Shown in pieces: positions 19,426 through 29,853 of a stretch of 64,000 nucleotides of DNA. The notes beneath the pieces are model-generated. The model worked only from the letters and a program-made list of their open reading frames with translations. It was not told the origin of the DNA and searched no databases. Position 1 is the first letter of the stretch, and each line of letters opens with the position of its first letter. Both the position numbers and the translations under genes were made by a program. The stretch covers positions 1 to 64,000 of the forward strand of contig CAWIMJ010000025.1 of NCBI GenBank assembly GCA_963837175.1. Direction: 5' to 3'. Source of the stretch: an uncultured Nitrososphaeraceae archaeon (lineage in GTDB: Archaea; Thermoproteota; Nitrososphaeria; Nitrososphaerales; Nitrososphaeraceae).

Positions 19426-20868
19426 TTAATTTGACTCAGTTAATTTCCTTGTGATTAAATTAAATGCAATTTTTGGATCTGCTCTTCCTTTTGTCAATTG
19501 CATAACCTTCCCAAGCAAAAAATTAGCTGCATTCGCGTTATTTTTTGCATCTATCACAGCAGATTTTTCACGCAAAAAAATTGATTCTACAGCTTCAGAG
19601 ATAACTCCAGCATCGTCTATCTTTGAGGCATTAGTCTTTCTTGCCAGTTGTGAGGGCAATTCGCCAGTTTTTATTATCTGTCTAAGAATCATTTTTGCCG
19701 TGCTTCTATTAATAGTATTCTCATCTACTAGTTTCGCTAGATCTGCAATATGTTTTGCTTCAATTTTTAATCCTGAAAAAATAGACCCTTTTTGATTTGA
19801 ATCATCTATGAATGCCAATAAATCAGTAACAATTGAATTAGCAATCTCCTTTGGTGACGGATAAATGTTTACTGCGAGCTCAAAAAAATCAGAAACTTCT
19901 TTATTATCAATTAGCACCTGTGCTACATGTTCAGAAAGTTGATAATCAGTAATGAAGCGATTCTTTCTCTCATCGGGCAGCTCTGGCATAATAGTTTTGA
20001 GTAACGATAAAAATTCATTTCCCAAGGCTATTGTAGGGATGTCAGGTTCAGGAAAGTATCGATAATCCTGTTCTGCCTCTTTTGTCCTAGCCTGTTTAGT
20101 TATTTTTCTTAAATCATCCCAGTGTCGTGTTTCTGCTTTAATTTCGATATCATGTATGGACATAGTTTTTTGTCTAGTAATCTCATATGCAAGAGCTTTC
20201 TCTACTTCTCTAAAGGAGTTAACGTTTTTAATTTCAACTTTTTTCTTACTCCCTATTGAAACATTCGCGTCGCATCTAACTGAGCCTTCCAATTTTGTGT
20301 CGCACACTCCTAAATGTTGAACTATAGAAGAAATTTTATTTAAGAATATTCTTACATCCTTCGGATCAGTAAAATCTGGTTCAGTAACAATTTCTATTAG
20401 AGCTACTCCAGCTCTATTATAATCTATAAGAGTATAGAAATTCGTATCAATATCACTATTTTCATAAACCAATCTTCCTGGATCTTCTTCAAGCTGAATC
20501 CTTCGTATCATAGCTTTTTTTGATTCGTCATACTCTAATTTTCCCTCTGCACCAATGCTAGTGATTCCATAAGAGTTGTATTGGGTCACCTGAAAATTTT
20601 TTGGAAGATCAGGGTAAAAGTAGTTTTTTCTATAAAACATTATGTTATCTGGAACTTTGCACCCAAGAGCAAGAGAAACCATGCCGGCAAGTTCTACAGC
20701 TCGTTGATTTAAAAGTGGAAGGCTTCCAGGAAGCCCAGAACAAATGGGGCAGACATTATTGTTAGGATTCTTGTCCCGGTAATCAGAATAGCACGAACAA
20801 AATAATTTGCTCTGAAGAGCTGTTATTTGACAATGAATTTCAAGACCAATATTTACTGTCAATACCAT
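19426..20868 (-). CDS. gatB: Asp/Glu-tRNA amidotransferase subunit B
   Basis: IGLEIH, RKNYFYPDLPK, DYNRAG, RCDANVS, DYRYFPEPD. Confidence 0.98.
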   Translation of the reverse strand: MVLTVNIGLEIHCQITALQSKLFCSCYSDYRDKNPNNNVCPICSGLPGSLPLLNQRAVELAGMVSLALGCKVPDNIMFYRKNYFYPDLPKNFQVTQYNSYGITSIGAEGKLEYDESKKAMIRRIQLEEDPGRLVYENSDIDTNFYTLIDYNRAGVALIEIVTEPDFTDPKDVRIFLNKISSIVQHLGVCDTKLEGSVRCDANVSIGSKKKVEIKNVNSFREVEKALAYEITRQKTMSIHDIEIKAETRHWDDLRKITKQARTKEAEQDYRYFPEPDIPTIALGNEFLSLLKTIMPELPDERKNRFITDYQLSEHVAQVLIDNKEVSDFFELAVNIYPSPKEIANSIVTDLLAFIDDSNQKGSIFSGLKIEAKHIADLAKLVDENTINRSTAKMILRQIIKTGELPSQLARKTNASKIDDAGVISEAVESIFLREKSAVIDAKNNANAANFLLGKVMQLTKGRADPKIAFNLITRKLTESN

Positions 20869-22316
20869 TACAGCTCAGGACTCCTTTGGATATTAGTTGC
20901 TCTTTCAAATAACAATGCTGCATCAAGTATTGTTTGCTCCTGTAATTCATTCGCCATTATTTGCAAACCTATAGGAAGGTCATTTTTGAATCCTGCCGGT
21001 ATTGATATCGCAGGTATTCCACTAAGATTAGCGATTACCGTGTCTATGTCAATTAAATACATCTTTAATGGATCATCTATATTATCACCAATTTTGAATG
21101 GCAGAAGAGGCATAGTAGGTGCTATCAAAATGTCATATTTTTTAAATAACGAGTTCAATTCTTGTTTTAATAATGATCTTAACTTTTGGGCTTTCTGATA
21201 ATATTTTCCATAATAGCCTCCTGATAGAACATACGATCCAATTATAATGCGCCTTTTCACTTCTTGACCAAAGTTACTACGAACTTTTGAAAAATACCTA
21301 TTCCACTCATAGCCGTCAGGATTTAAATCGAACCCATACCGAATATTATCATATCTAGCAAGATTACTACTAGCTTCAGCCATTGCTATTACATAATATG
21401 AGGGTAGAGAATATCTAATAGAATTCATCGAAGTCTCTTCACATTTAAAATCCAATCTAGAGAACAAATCCATAGCATTATAGATGCATTTGGAAATTGC
21501 TGGGTCAGCACCTTCAACCAATTCTTTCACTAAACCAACACGAATATTTTCTTTTGTAGGATTGAGCGAATATTTTGGTACCCATTCTAAAGTGGTATGG
21601 TCCTTATCATCCTTACCCGCAATTGCATTCATGACCATAACCACATCTGAGACTCTCTTTCCTATAGGACCAATCTGCTCTAAACTATTAGCATAAGATA
21701 TAAGCCCATATCTACTAACGCTGCCATAGGTTGGTTTTAGACCTACCACAGAGCAAAAACTAGCAGGACATCGTATCGACCCGCCAGTATCTGATCCTAA
21801 GGATATGGCACATTCTAGTGCCGCAACACTTGCTGCACTACCACCGGACGACCCCCCAGCCACATAATCAATATTCCATGGATTGTGAGTTGGTCCATTC
21901 TTGCTAAATTCTGTGGTAGAACCCATTGCAAATTCATCAAGGTTTAATTTTCCAACTACAATGGCATCACTTTCTTGCAATCTTTTGACTGTGGTAGCAT
22001 CATAAGGGGAAACATAATCTTTTAGCATTTTTGAAGCACATGTTGTTTTCAAACCATTTGTGCATATGTTATCTTTTATTCCTACTGCAACGCCTGCGAG
22101 GGGACCTATATTTTGTTCTCTATTGCGAATTTTCCTATCTATCAGTCGTGCTTTTTCCAATGCGCCTTTTTTATCTATGGTAATAAAGGCATTAACTTTA
22201 ACATCGATTTTTTCTATTCGATCCAGAATTTGGCAAATATATTCTTCTGCAGAAAAATGTCTATTTTTAATACCTAAAGTAATTTGCTCAGAAGTGAGAC
22301 TAAATAGGTTCGCCAT
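20868..22316 (-). CDS. gatA: Asp/Glu-tRNA amidotransferase subunit A
   Basis: Amidase signature GGSSGGSA, GSDTGGSIR. Confidence 0.98.
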   Translation of the reverse strand: MANLFSLTSEQITLGIKNRHFSAEEYICQILDRIEKIDVKVNAFITIDKKGALEKARLIDRKIRNREQNIGPLAGVAVGIKDNICTNGLKTTCASKMLKDYVSPYDATTVKRLQESDAIVVGKLNLDEFAMGSTTEFSKNGPTHNPWNIDYVAGGSSGGSAASVAALECAISLGSDTGGSIRCPASFCSVVGLKPTYGSVSRYGLISYANSLEQIGPIGKRVSDVVMVMNAIAGKDDKDHTTLEWVPKYSLNPTKENIRVGLVKELVEGADPAISKCIYNAMDLFSRLDFKCEETSMNSIRYSLPSYYVIAMAEASSNLARYDNIRYGFDLNPDGYEWNRYFSKVRSNFGQEVKRRIIIGSYVLSGGYYGKYYQKAQKLRSLLKQELNSLFKKYDILIAPTMPLLPFKIGDNIDDPLKMYLIDIDTVIANLSGIPAISIPAGFKNDLPIGLQIMANELQEQTILDAALLFERATNIQRSPEL

Positions 22317-22604
22317 TCAAGCCATCCTTGGCCCCTTTATAAAGCCATCCTTTCTATACTTTACATTTTTTAAGGCATTACCTTCGAATGGTTTGAGACA
22401 ATCTTTTCTCAGTTCAGAAAACTTTTTTGTGGAATGTGTCGGTTCAATTTCGTTCAATGATAGGCTGTCCAGTACATCAAAATACGTGATTATTTCTTCG
22501 ATCTGTGATTGATATTTTCCAAGTTCCTGATCTGATAATTCTAATTTTGAAAGCTCTCCTAGATGTCTGATTTCTTCTTTAGACACCATGCCCATTTGCT
22601 CCAT
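22317..22604 (-). CDS. gatC: Asp/Glu-tRNA amidotransferase subunit C
   Basis: Size, position and LSKLEL...GFIKGPR pattern. Confidence 0.9.
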   Translation of the reverse strand: MEQMGMVSKEEIRHLGELSKLELSDQELGKYQSQIEEIITYFDVLDSLSLNEIEPTHSTKKFSELRKDCLKPFEGNALKNVKYRKDGFIKGPRMA

Positions 22605-22609
22605 TTTTC

Positions 22610-23953
22610 TTAAGGTACTAACCTGTCTATGTCGCGCGGATATAAAGTTAGATCGCGTATGTTATCTATTCTTGTAATAGCCATAAGCAAACGCTCTAAA
22701 CCTAAGCCAAATCCTGCATGAGGTGGAACTCCATAGTCAAATACCCGGATGTGGTAATCGAATGCTTGTGTATTCAATCCCTGCTTTTTCATCCTTTGTA
22801 ATAATTCATCTTTCCTGTTTATTCTGGTACTGCCAGAGGACACCTCTAAAGATCTATACATTAGATCAAATGATTCGCAGATCATTTCATCTTCGATATA
22901 CTTTGGTTTTACATAAAAAGGCTTTAAAGAAGTAGGCCAGTCAGTAATAAAGTAAAAGCCATTCATCCTGTCATCAGATATGTTTTTCATCGTCTGAGGT
23001 GATAGATCATCTCCCCACCTAATGCGTTCGCCTGCGTTTTGTAATTGATTTATAATATTTGAATAAGAATACTTTGGAAATGGCATTTCAGCAGTAGGCA
23101 ATTCAAGATCAAGGTATTGCAGATCATCTGTTTTCTTTTCTTTAATTGAAGCCATTATATGCAAAAGCATTCCTTCCAGCAAAGCCATCATATCAGTGTA
23201 ATCTACAAACGCCTTCTCAACATCAATAGATATTGCTTCGGATAAGTGTCTATTAGTACGTGATGGTTCAGCTCTGAAAATTGGACCTATTTCAAATACA
23301 TTTTCAAATGCCATGGTGAGTTGTTCCTTATATAACTGGGGGCTTTGTGCAAGAAATGCTTCTCGATCATAGTAGAATATTGGAAACAGAGCTGCACCCC
23401 CTTCTGTAGCAGTAGCTATCATCTTCGGTGTATTTACCTCAGTGAATCCTTCTCCCACTAGAAATTCTCTGCTGGCATCCAGAGTAGCATGACGGATATG
23501 GAAAATTCTCTGTAAAATATTTCTACGTAGGTCTATCGCCCTCAAATCTAGTCTTGTATCAATACCTACTGAGGTTTTATCTTGAACCATGAAAGGAGCA
23601 GATTTCTTCGATATAGAAAATATCTTCAATTCAAACGGAATAACTTCGGCACCATTAGGTGCTTTTACTTGAGATCTAATTTTTCCGCGTACTGCAAGTG
23701 TAGTATGTTCTTTTATCTGACGTATTTGTTCTAATAATTCATCTGTACATTCGCTTTTCTTTGCAATGGCTTGAATATCTCCATATCTATCTCTTATCAT
23801 AATAAAAATAATATTGCCATGATCACGGATACCTGACACCCAACCCATAATTATTACTTCTTTATCATTAAGAGAAGAGTTAATTTCAGAGGAATAATGT
23901 GTTCTTCTCCACTGCCCCAGATCCTCCTCACGTAAAAGATTGTTCAATTTCAA
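22610..23953 (-). CDS. aspS: Non-discriminating aspartyl-tRNA synthetase
   Basis: LAQSPQLYK, FRAE, PPHAGFGLGLER; operon with gatCAB. Confidence 0.97.
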   Translation of the reverse strand: MKLNNLLREEDLGQWRRTHYSSEINSSLNDKEVIIMGWVSGIRDHGNIIFIMIRDRYGDIQAIAKKSECTDELLEQIRQIKEHTTLAVRGKIRSQVKAPNGAEVIPFELKIFSISKKSAPFMVQDKTSVGIDTRLDLRAIDLRRNILQRIFHIRHATLDASREFLVGEGFTEVNTPKMIATATEGGAALFPIFYYDREAFLAQSPQLYKEQLTMAFENVFEIGPIFRAEPSRTNRHLSEAISIDVEKAFVDYTDMMALLEGMLLHIMASIKEKKTDDLQYLDLELPTAEMPFPKYSYSNIINQLQNAGERIRWGDDLSPQTMKNISDDRMNGFYFITDWPTSLKPFYVKPKYIEDEMICESFDLMYRSLEVSSGSTRINRKDELLQRMKKQGLNTQAFDYHIRVFDYGVPPHAGFGLGLERLLMAITRIDNIRDLTLYPRDIDRLVP

Positions 23954-24269
23954 ATACCCGAATAATATTAAAGTTTGTAGCTGCAGGTTAATTTAACTTT
24001 TAATAAATAAGTATTTGTTGCAAGATAATGACTAGGCCTTTATCATTTTTCTCTACCAGACGAATCGAGCCTCAATATGTCATTATTTGCAATGATCAAA
24101 ACATTCTGAATTCATTTTTAGTAGTTATCATCTATATCCTGGACGGTAAATAGACCCGATTGGAATGGTTATAGAATAATTGTCTATATGCTAATAAGTC
24201 TATAGCAACGTCTTGTGTCGAGCCTTAAAAAGGAAATACATTTAACCCTTAGTTGGATATTGATTTGAA

Positions 24270-24464
24270 ATGACATTAAGCATAAACTGTAAAGATGCCG
24301 GCGATCCAGTTTGTACTCATACAATGTATGGAGAAACAGAGGAAGAGTTATTACAAAATGCCAAGAAGCACGGAATTGAAGTTCATGGCTATTCCGAAGA
24401 GAAATGGAATGAAGAAATTGTAAATAAAAAAGATGATTTCCGTAAGCTTATAAAGACTGCTTAA
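24270..24464 (+). CDS. DUF1059 family small protein
   Basis: CKDAG...C...GETEEELL...KHGIEVHG. Confidence 0.8.
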   Translation: MTLSINCKDAGDPVCTHTMYGETEEELLQNAKKHGIEVHGYSEEKWNEEIVNKKDDFRKLIKTA

Positions 24465-24555
24465 TTTCTTTCTTTTTATTTTCCCTTTAATTTTTGAATT
24501 CAAACTCTTATTTTGCGGATGTTAGTTTCTAAGTGCTAAAGGAACCGCCAGGCCA

Positions 24556-24583
24556 CTATATACATCTATGTAGACTATGTAGA
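24556..24583 (+). promoter_or_regulatory. Direct repeats upstream of pstS (candidate phosphate-responsive box)
   Basis: CTATATACA-T-CTATGTAGA-CTATGTAGA. Confidence 0.45.
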
Positions 24584-24626
24584 TCATATACGCTACCAAT
24601 TAGTTCATGTCTTTTCTCTAAAATCT

Positions 24627-25736
24627 ATGGGTAACCAAACAAGAAATGATTTACTACTAGTGGGCCTTATTGCAGCTGTATTTTTGGTGGCCGTTATGGC
24701 TACTGCCACTATGTCCATGAAAGTCTTTGCACAAGGTCAAATAACTCTTAACGGAGCAGGTGCAACTTTTCCCTTTCCCCTAATTGATACTTGGCGTGTT
24801 GAATACAAAAATATTAAACCAAATGTAAACATAAACTATCAATCGATAGGTAGCGGTGGAGGTGTTAAACAGTTTACTCAAAAAACAGTAGACTTCGGTG
24901 CTAGTGATGCTCCTCTTACTGTGTCGGAAATCCAAAGTGCTCCTGGTGCAGTACATATCCCTGAGACAATCGGTTCAGTAGTTGCAGCCTATAATATCCC
25001 CAGTATTCCGAACAAAGGATTAAAACTTACGGGGCCAATTCTTGCAGACATCTTCTTAGGTAAAATCACAAAATGGAATGATCCAAAAATCCAATCACTT
25101 AATCCTGATGCATCCTTACCCGCTGCAGATATTATAGTTGTACATAGATCAGATGGTTCAGGTACAACTTATGTTTGGACAGATTATCTTTCTAATATAA
25201 GTACAACATGGAATGATCAGATAGGAAAAGGAAAGTCTGTACAATGGCCAGTTGGAATAGGTGGTCCAGGTAATGAAGGTGTTGCCAATGCGATTAGGGG
25301 TTCACCTAACACAATTGGATATGTAGAACTTGCTTATGCACTTACTACTAAAATGCCGTACGCTTATATACAAAATCAAGCAGGTAATTTCGTAGAACCG
25401 ACACTAGATTCTACTAAGGCGGCAGTAGCAGCTGTATCACAAAGTCTGCCGAAGGGCGACGCTTCATGGGAACATGTCTCAGTTGTTAATGCGCCTGGCA
25501 CAAACTCATACCCTATTGCAAGCTTCTCATATCTACTTTTATTCAAAGAGTTGAGCACTAATCCAAACATTGATCAAGCAAAGGCAAAAGCCTTAGTCGA
25601 TTTTATCTCGTGGGCTATTACACAGGGACAACAATTTGCCTCTGAACTGTCATATGTACCCCTACCGGCAGAAGTTGTTAAGCTCAATCAAGATACATTG
25701 AAGTCATTGACATTCCAGGGTAAGCCACTTCTATAG
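24627..25736 (+). CDS. pstS: Phosphate ABC transporter substrate-binding protein
   Basis: GAGATFP, GSGGG, DFGASD, RSDGSGTT, IGYVE. Confidence 0.97.
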   Translation: MGNQTRNDLLLVGLIAAVFLVAVMATATMSMKVFAQGQITLNGAGATFPFPLIDTWRVEYKNIKPNVNINYQSIGSGGGVKQFTQKTVDFGASDAPLTVSEIQSAPGAVHIPETIGSVVAAYNIPSIPNKGLKLTGPILADIFLGKITKWNDPKIQSLNPDASLPAADIIVVHRSDGSGTTYVWTDYLSNISTTWNDQIGKGKSVQWPVGIGGPGNEGVANAIRGSPNTIGYVELAYALTTKMPYAYIQNQAGNFVEPTLDSTKAAVAAVSQSLPKGDASWEHVSVVNAPGTNSYPIASFSYLLLFKELSTNPNIDQAKAKALVDFISWAITQGQQFASELSYVPLPAEVVKLNQDTLKSLTFQGKPLL

Positions 25737-25936
25737 GATCAGTGGGTGCTCGCTGAATTTCTTGGTGCAAGAGTATATGCGTTTAAGCAATTACCTCCTT
25801 TTTCTTTTTAATGCTAAAATATTTTAGCATTTATTCCATAGATATGCATATAACGCTGTATGAAGACGTCCATTAGTAATATTTTAGAGGTGTTTGTTGT
25901 ATTAATATAGAATCTAAGGAACAAAACAGAAGAATT

Positions 25937-26896
25937 TTGTATTCATCTTTATTGCTAAGTAAACACAAAGGAGATAGGCTTTTTCATATCGTAGCAGTAG
26001 CAGCCGCAGGTTATACTTTATTCATGTTAGCGGTTGTAGCGTTTTCAGTTGGCGATGGGTCTAAAGAGATATTTTCGTTCGAAGGTTTTGGCTTTCTTAC
26101 TGGTACCGATTGGAATCCAGTGGAAGGCCGTGAATCATATGGTGCTCTGCCCTATATCATTGGAACTTTAATCAGCTCGGCAATAGCAATGATCATTGGC
26201 GTTCCAATAAGTTTAGGAATAGCTATATTCATTTCAGAGATGGCACCTCCTAGGATACGTACGCCATTATCTTTTGTTATAGAATTATTAGCAGCAGTTC
26301 CAAGTATAATTTATGGCTTGTGGGCACTATTTGTTTTTAGGTTCTGGATCAGAGATTTGATTGAGATGCCTTTGCATAACGCTTTTGGAGGATCAATTGC
26401 GTTCTTTGCTCAAACTCCATTCGGCTTAGATGTGTTCACAGCTGGAATAGTTCTTGCAATAATGATTATTCCTATTGTGTCATCTGTTTCACGTGAGATA
26501 ATAAAAGCAGTACCAAATTCTCAAAGAGAGGCTGCATATAGTCTGGGGGCTACAAGGTGGGAGACAGTTAGAGTTGCCATATTTCCGTATGCAAAATCAG
26601 GATTATTAGGAGCCACTATTCTGGGATTAGGTAGAGCTGTAGGTGAAACTATACTCGTCACAATGATCATTGGAAATGTGGTAGGAATAGCCGCTATTCC
26701 TTCCTCTCTATTTGATCAAAGTCAAACATTATCTAGTTTAATTGCAAATGAATTCAATGAAGCATCATCGGAGTTGCATATTTCTGCTTTAATGGGTCTT
26801 GGAGCTGTTCTATTGATTCTGACAATAGCAATCAACATTGGCGCACGCTTGCTTGTTTCAAAAATCACAAAGGTTAGCCCAGGGGTGAGAGAATAA
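25937..26896 (+). CDS. pstC: Phosphate ABC transporter permease
   Basis: ELLAAVPSIIYGLW, EAAYSLGATRWET, GRAVGET. Confidence 0.97.
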   Translation: MYSSLLLSKHKGDRLFHIVAVAAAGYTLFMLAVVAFSVGDGSKEIFSFEGFGFLTGTDWNPVEGRESYGALPYIIGTLISSAIAMIIGVPISLGIAIFISEMAPPRIRTPLSFVIELLAAVPSIIYGLWALFVFRFWIRDLIEMPLHNAFGGSIAFFAQTPFGLDVFTAGIVLAIMIIPIVSSVSREIIKAVPNSQREAAYSLGATRWETVRVAIFPYAKSGLLGATILGLGRAVGETILVTMIIGNVVGIAAIPSSLFDQSQTLSSLIANEFNEASSELHISALMGLGAVLLILTIAINIGARLLVSKITKVSPGVRE

Positions 26897-26898
26897 TA

Positions 26899-27819
26899 AT
26901 GCAGAAAAAAGAATTAAGACAAGAGGACAACAGAAAAAAAATTCAAGATATCATGTCAAGGCAGTCTTCAAAGAAAAAATTTATTGACAGAATTATGACT
27001 GGTTTTGCAATAATCTGTGTCATTTCTGCCCTTATTCCTTTAGGAAGTATCTTGATTGAAGTAGTAAAGAATGGTATTTCAGCTATCAGTATAGAATTTC
27101 TTACCCAGCCCCCAGGATCTTTTTTTCTAGGGCATGGCGGTGTCGCTCCTGCTATTCAGGGAACATTAATTGTAGTTGGGTTGGCGTCATTAATTGGAGC
27201 ACCCGTAGGGATACTTGCGGGTATTTACCTTTCAGAATATGCTGGTAATGGAATATTTCCTTCTGCAGTCAGATTTTTCAATGATGTTTTGACAGGTTTA
27301 CCCTCAATAGTAATGGGAATAGTTGGATACGTATCAATAGTTCTTTTACTTGGCTCATTTTCAGTTTGGGCAGGCGCTTTTGCTTTATCAATAATAATGA
27401 TACCCATCGTAGTCAGAGTTACTGAAGAATCTTTTAAGATTGTTCCCAATTCATTACGTGAGGCTGCCCAGTCTCTAGGAATTCCAAAGTGGAAAATTAC
27501 ATTGTTTATAACTATGAAAAGCGCCAAAAGTGGTATACTCACAGGTATTGTGTTGGCTATCTCCAGAATCGCAGGTGAAACAGCTCCGCTTATAATGACC
27601 ATACTTGGAACAAGTTTATTCTTTACAGGATTTTCTGGGCCAATCGATGCTCTACCACTTCGAATATGGAGATTGGCTTCACAACCATATGAATCCGCCC
27701 ATTCACAAGGTTGGGGAGCGGCTTTAGTGCTCATAGTGATTGTCCTAATCCTAAGCATAGTCCTAAGACTTTTGGTTCAGAGGAAAACAGGTTTCAATTT
27801 CAAGAAAGCAACTTTTTGA
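26899..27819 (+). CDS. pstA: Phosphate ABC transporter permease
   Basis: GIYLSEY, LPSIVMG, RIAGETAPL. Confidence 0.97.
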   Translation: MQKKELRQEDNRKKIQDIMSRQSSKKKFIDRIMTGFAIICVISALIPLGSILIEVVKNGISAISIEFLTQPPGSFFLGHGGVAPAIQGTLIVVGLASLIGAPVGILAGIYLSEYAGNGIFPSAVRFFNDVLTGLPSIVMGIVGYVSIVLLLGSFSVWAGAFALSIIMIPIVVRVTEESFKIVPNSLREAAQSLGIPKWKITLFITMKSAKSGILTGIVLAISRIAGETAPLIMTILGTSLFFTGFSGPIDALPLRIWRLASQPYESAHSQGWGAALVLIVIVLILSIVLRLLVQRKTGFNFKKATF

Positions 27820-27886
27820 ATTCTATATTTACTATATTATCTATTTAGATAATATATAATAGTAAATAAACCACATAGCTCCTCAA

Positions 27887-28738
27887 TTGAGTTCTAAAGA
27901 AAGTTTCAGTATCAATAATAGCAGGGGGGTTGAATCTTTGGACGACAATGTTGACGGTAAGGGTCCTGCTACTGTCAAACAATATAAGGTATCTATCAGA
28001 AACCTTGATGCATGGTATGGGTCAAAACAAGCATTAAAGAACATTAATTTAGACGTCAAGGCTAATACTGTTACTGCTTTTATTGGACCTTCAGGCTGTG
28101 GCAAGACGACTCTTATTCGCTGTCTTAATCGCATGCATGAGATGACTCCTGGCGCAGGCGCAAGGGGTCAAGTTATTCTAGATGGCATCAATATGTACGA
28201 TAATAAGACTGTTGATCCGGTAATCATCAAGAGACGTATAGGCATGGTCTTTCAAAAACCAAACCCCTTTCCAACGATGAGTATTTATGACAATGTAGCA
28301 GCAGGGCTAAAACTTAATGGTGTCAAAAACAAGAGATTGATAAATGACATTGTTAAGGAAAGTCTGGAAGATGCGGCACTGTGGGATGAAGTGAAAAATG
28401 AACTTGACAAACCTGGAATGGGATTATCAGGCGGACAACAACAACGTCTTTGTATTGCTAGGGCTCTTGCAATGCAGCCAGAAATATTACTAATGGATGA
28501 ACCTACGTCTGCATTGGATCCAACCGCATCTTCTAAAATAGAAGAACTTGTTTACAATTTGAAAAAAAATCTTACGATAATTATTGTAACACATAACATG
28601 CAGCAGGCCGCCCGAGTATCAGACTATGCTGCCCTGCTGTATCTTGGTGAATTAATCGAATATGGATCAACAAATCAGATATTCAAAAATCCTCAAAAAG
28701 AACTTACAGAGCGCTACATATCTGGTAAATTTGGATAG
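27887..28738 (+). CDS. pstB: Phosphate ABC transporter ATPase
   Basis: [41 protein letters not shown]. Confidence 0.98.
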   Translation: MSSKESFSINNSRGVESLDDNVDGKGPATVKQYKVSIRNLDAWYGSKQALKNINLDVKANTVTAFIGPSGCGKTTLIRCLNRMHEMTPGAGARGQVILDGINMYDNKTVDPVIIKRRIGMVFQKPNPFPTMSIYDNVAAGLKLNGVKNKRLINDIVKESLEDAALWDEVKNELDKPGMGLSGGQQQRLCIARALAMQPEILLMDEPTSALDPTASSKIEELVYNLKKNLTIIIVTHNMQQAARVSDYAALLYLGELIEYGSTNQIFKNPQKELTERYISGKFG

Positions 28739-28749
28739 GATCTTTTTGT

Positions 28750-29403
28750 TTGACTAGACTTTTGGACCTTGGTATTGATCGCATTCATAATATTATTATG
28801 GATATGTCAAAATTGTCCGAAAGCTCAGTATTAACTGCTCTTGAATCTTATGAAGAAGGCACCCGATTAAAAAGACAAATTTTTGACTGGTCAGAAAAAC
28901 TTCGAACATTACAAGAGGAAGTAGCAGATCTTGCAATAGAATTGATAGCACGTTATCAACCAGTTGCTACAGATCTCAGATTCATTAGATCTTGTATGGA
29001 GATATCATATGGATTTTCCAGGTTTGGACGGTATGCCTATGATATTGTAGATGTACTAGAAACTATGGGCTCAATTTCTGATTGCGACAAGTCGACTGTT
29101 TTGGAAATGGCAGGTACTGTAAGAGAAATGATACAGTTGAGTTTACACTCGCTTCGCTCACGAGACAAAGATGCAGCACAAAAACTCTACCAGATGGATG
29201 ACACAGTTGATACCTTATATAGAAAATACTTACGAGAAATCATTACTCTAAAAACAAATCAAGGTAAAAACTTTACAGACCCACGTTGTTATATATCTGC
29301 CTTATTGATATTAAGATATCTTGAACGCATTTCAGATCATGCATGTTATATAGGTGACTCTGTTCATTATATCGCAACCGGAGTCTCAAGCCCTAGGCGT
29401 TAA
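28750..29403 (+). CDS. phoU: Phosphate uptake regulator PhoU
   Basis: YQPVATDLR, DDTVD, LERISDHA. Confidence 0.95.
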   Translation: MTRLLDLGIDRIHNIIMDMSKLSESSVLTALESYEEGTRLKRQIFDWSEKLRTLQEEVADLAIELIARYQPVATDLRFIRSCMEISYGFSRFGRYAYDIVDVLETMGSISDCDKSTVLEMAGTVREMIQLSLHSLRSRDKDAAQKLYQMDDTVDTLYRKYLREIITLKTNQGKNFTDPRCYISALLILRYLERISDHACYIGDSVHYIATGVSSPRR

Positions 29404-29853
29404 TGATTATTTTGAACATGAAAAGTCAGACTTGGCAGAGAAATCATAATTATGCGGGAAATGTAATTTTTGGATATACTCTGAATTTTAAGAAAAGTGA
29501 GAGTGAGATGAGACATCATAGGTTTCAGTTACAGAAATACAGAACATCTTCCTTCTATCTCGAATAATAGATTACTATAGCAAGATATTGCTCTAATATT
29601 AATATGTTTGATATCCGTTGCTATTTTAAAATAATTCCATATCTTACCTAACAAGGATAATGATTAGGTTTTTCTTTTCTCCTATTCAGAACCCTATATC
29701 CGATAACTCCACCACCAATTTTGAAGATTGCAGAAAAAAATTGAAAAATTAGCGATATTTTCCTAGTTAGATTATCGCCGTTACTATTACTATTACTATT
29801 ACTATCGATTCGTTTTCTTATACCTGATTATTATTATTAATCTTCTCAAATCC

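Noticed and set aside
19451-22935. Plus-strand ORFs over gatB, gatA and aspS, and similar shadow ORFs elsewhere
   Set aside because: Antisense shadows of well-supported genes with no motifs.
25739-25756. Hairpin after pstS as an mRNA stabiliser
   Set aside because: Seven-bp stem with two G-U pairs is weak and includes the error-prone TGCTCGC motif.
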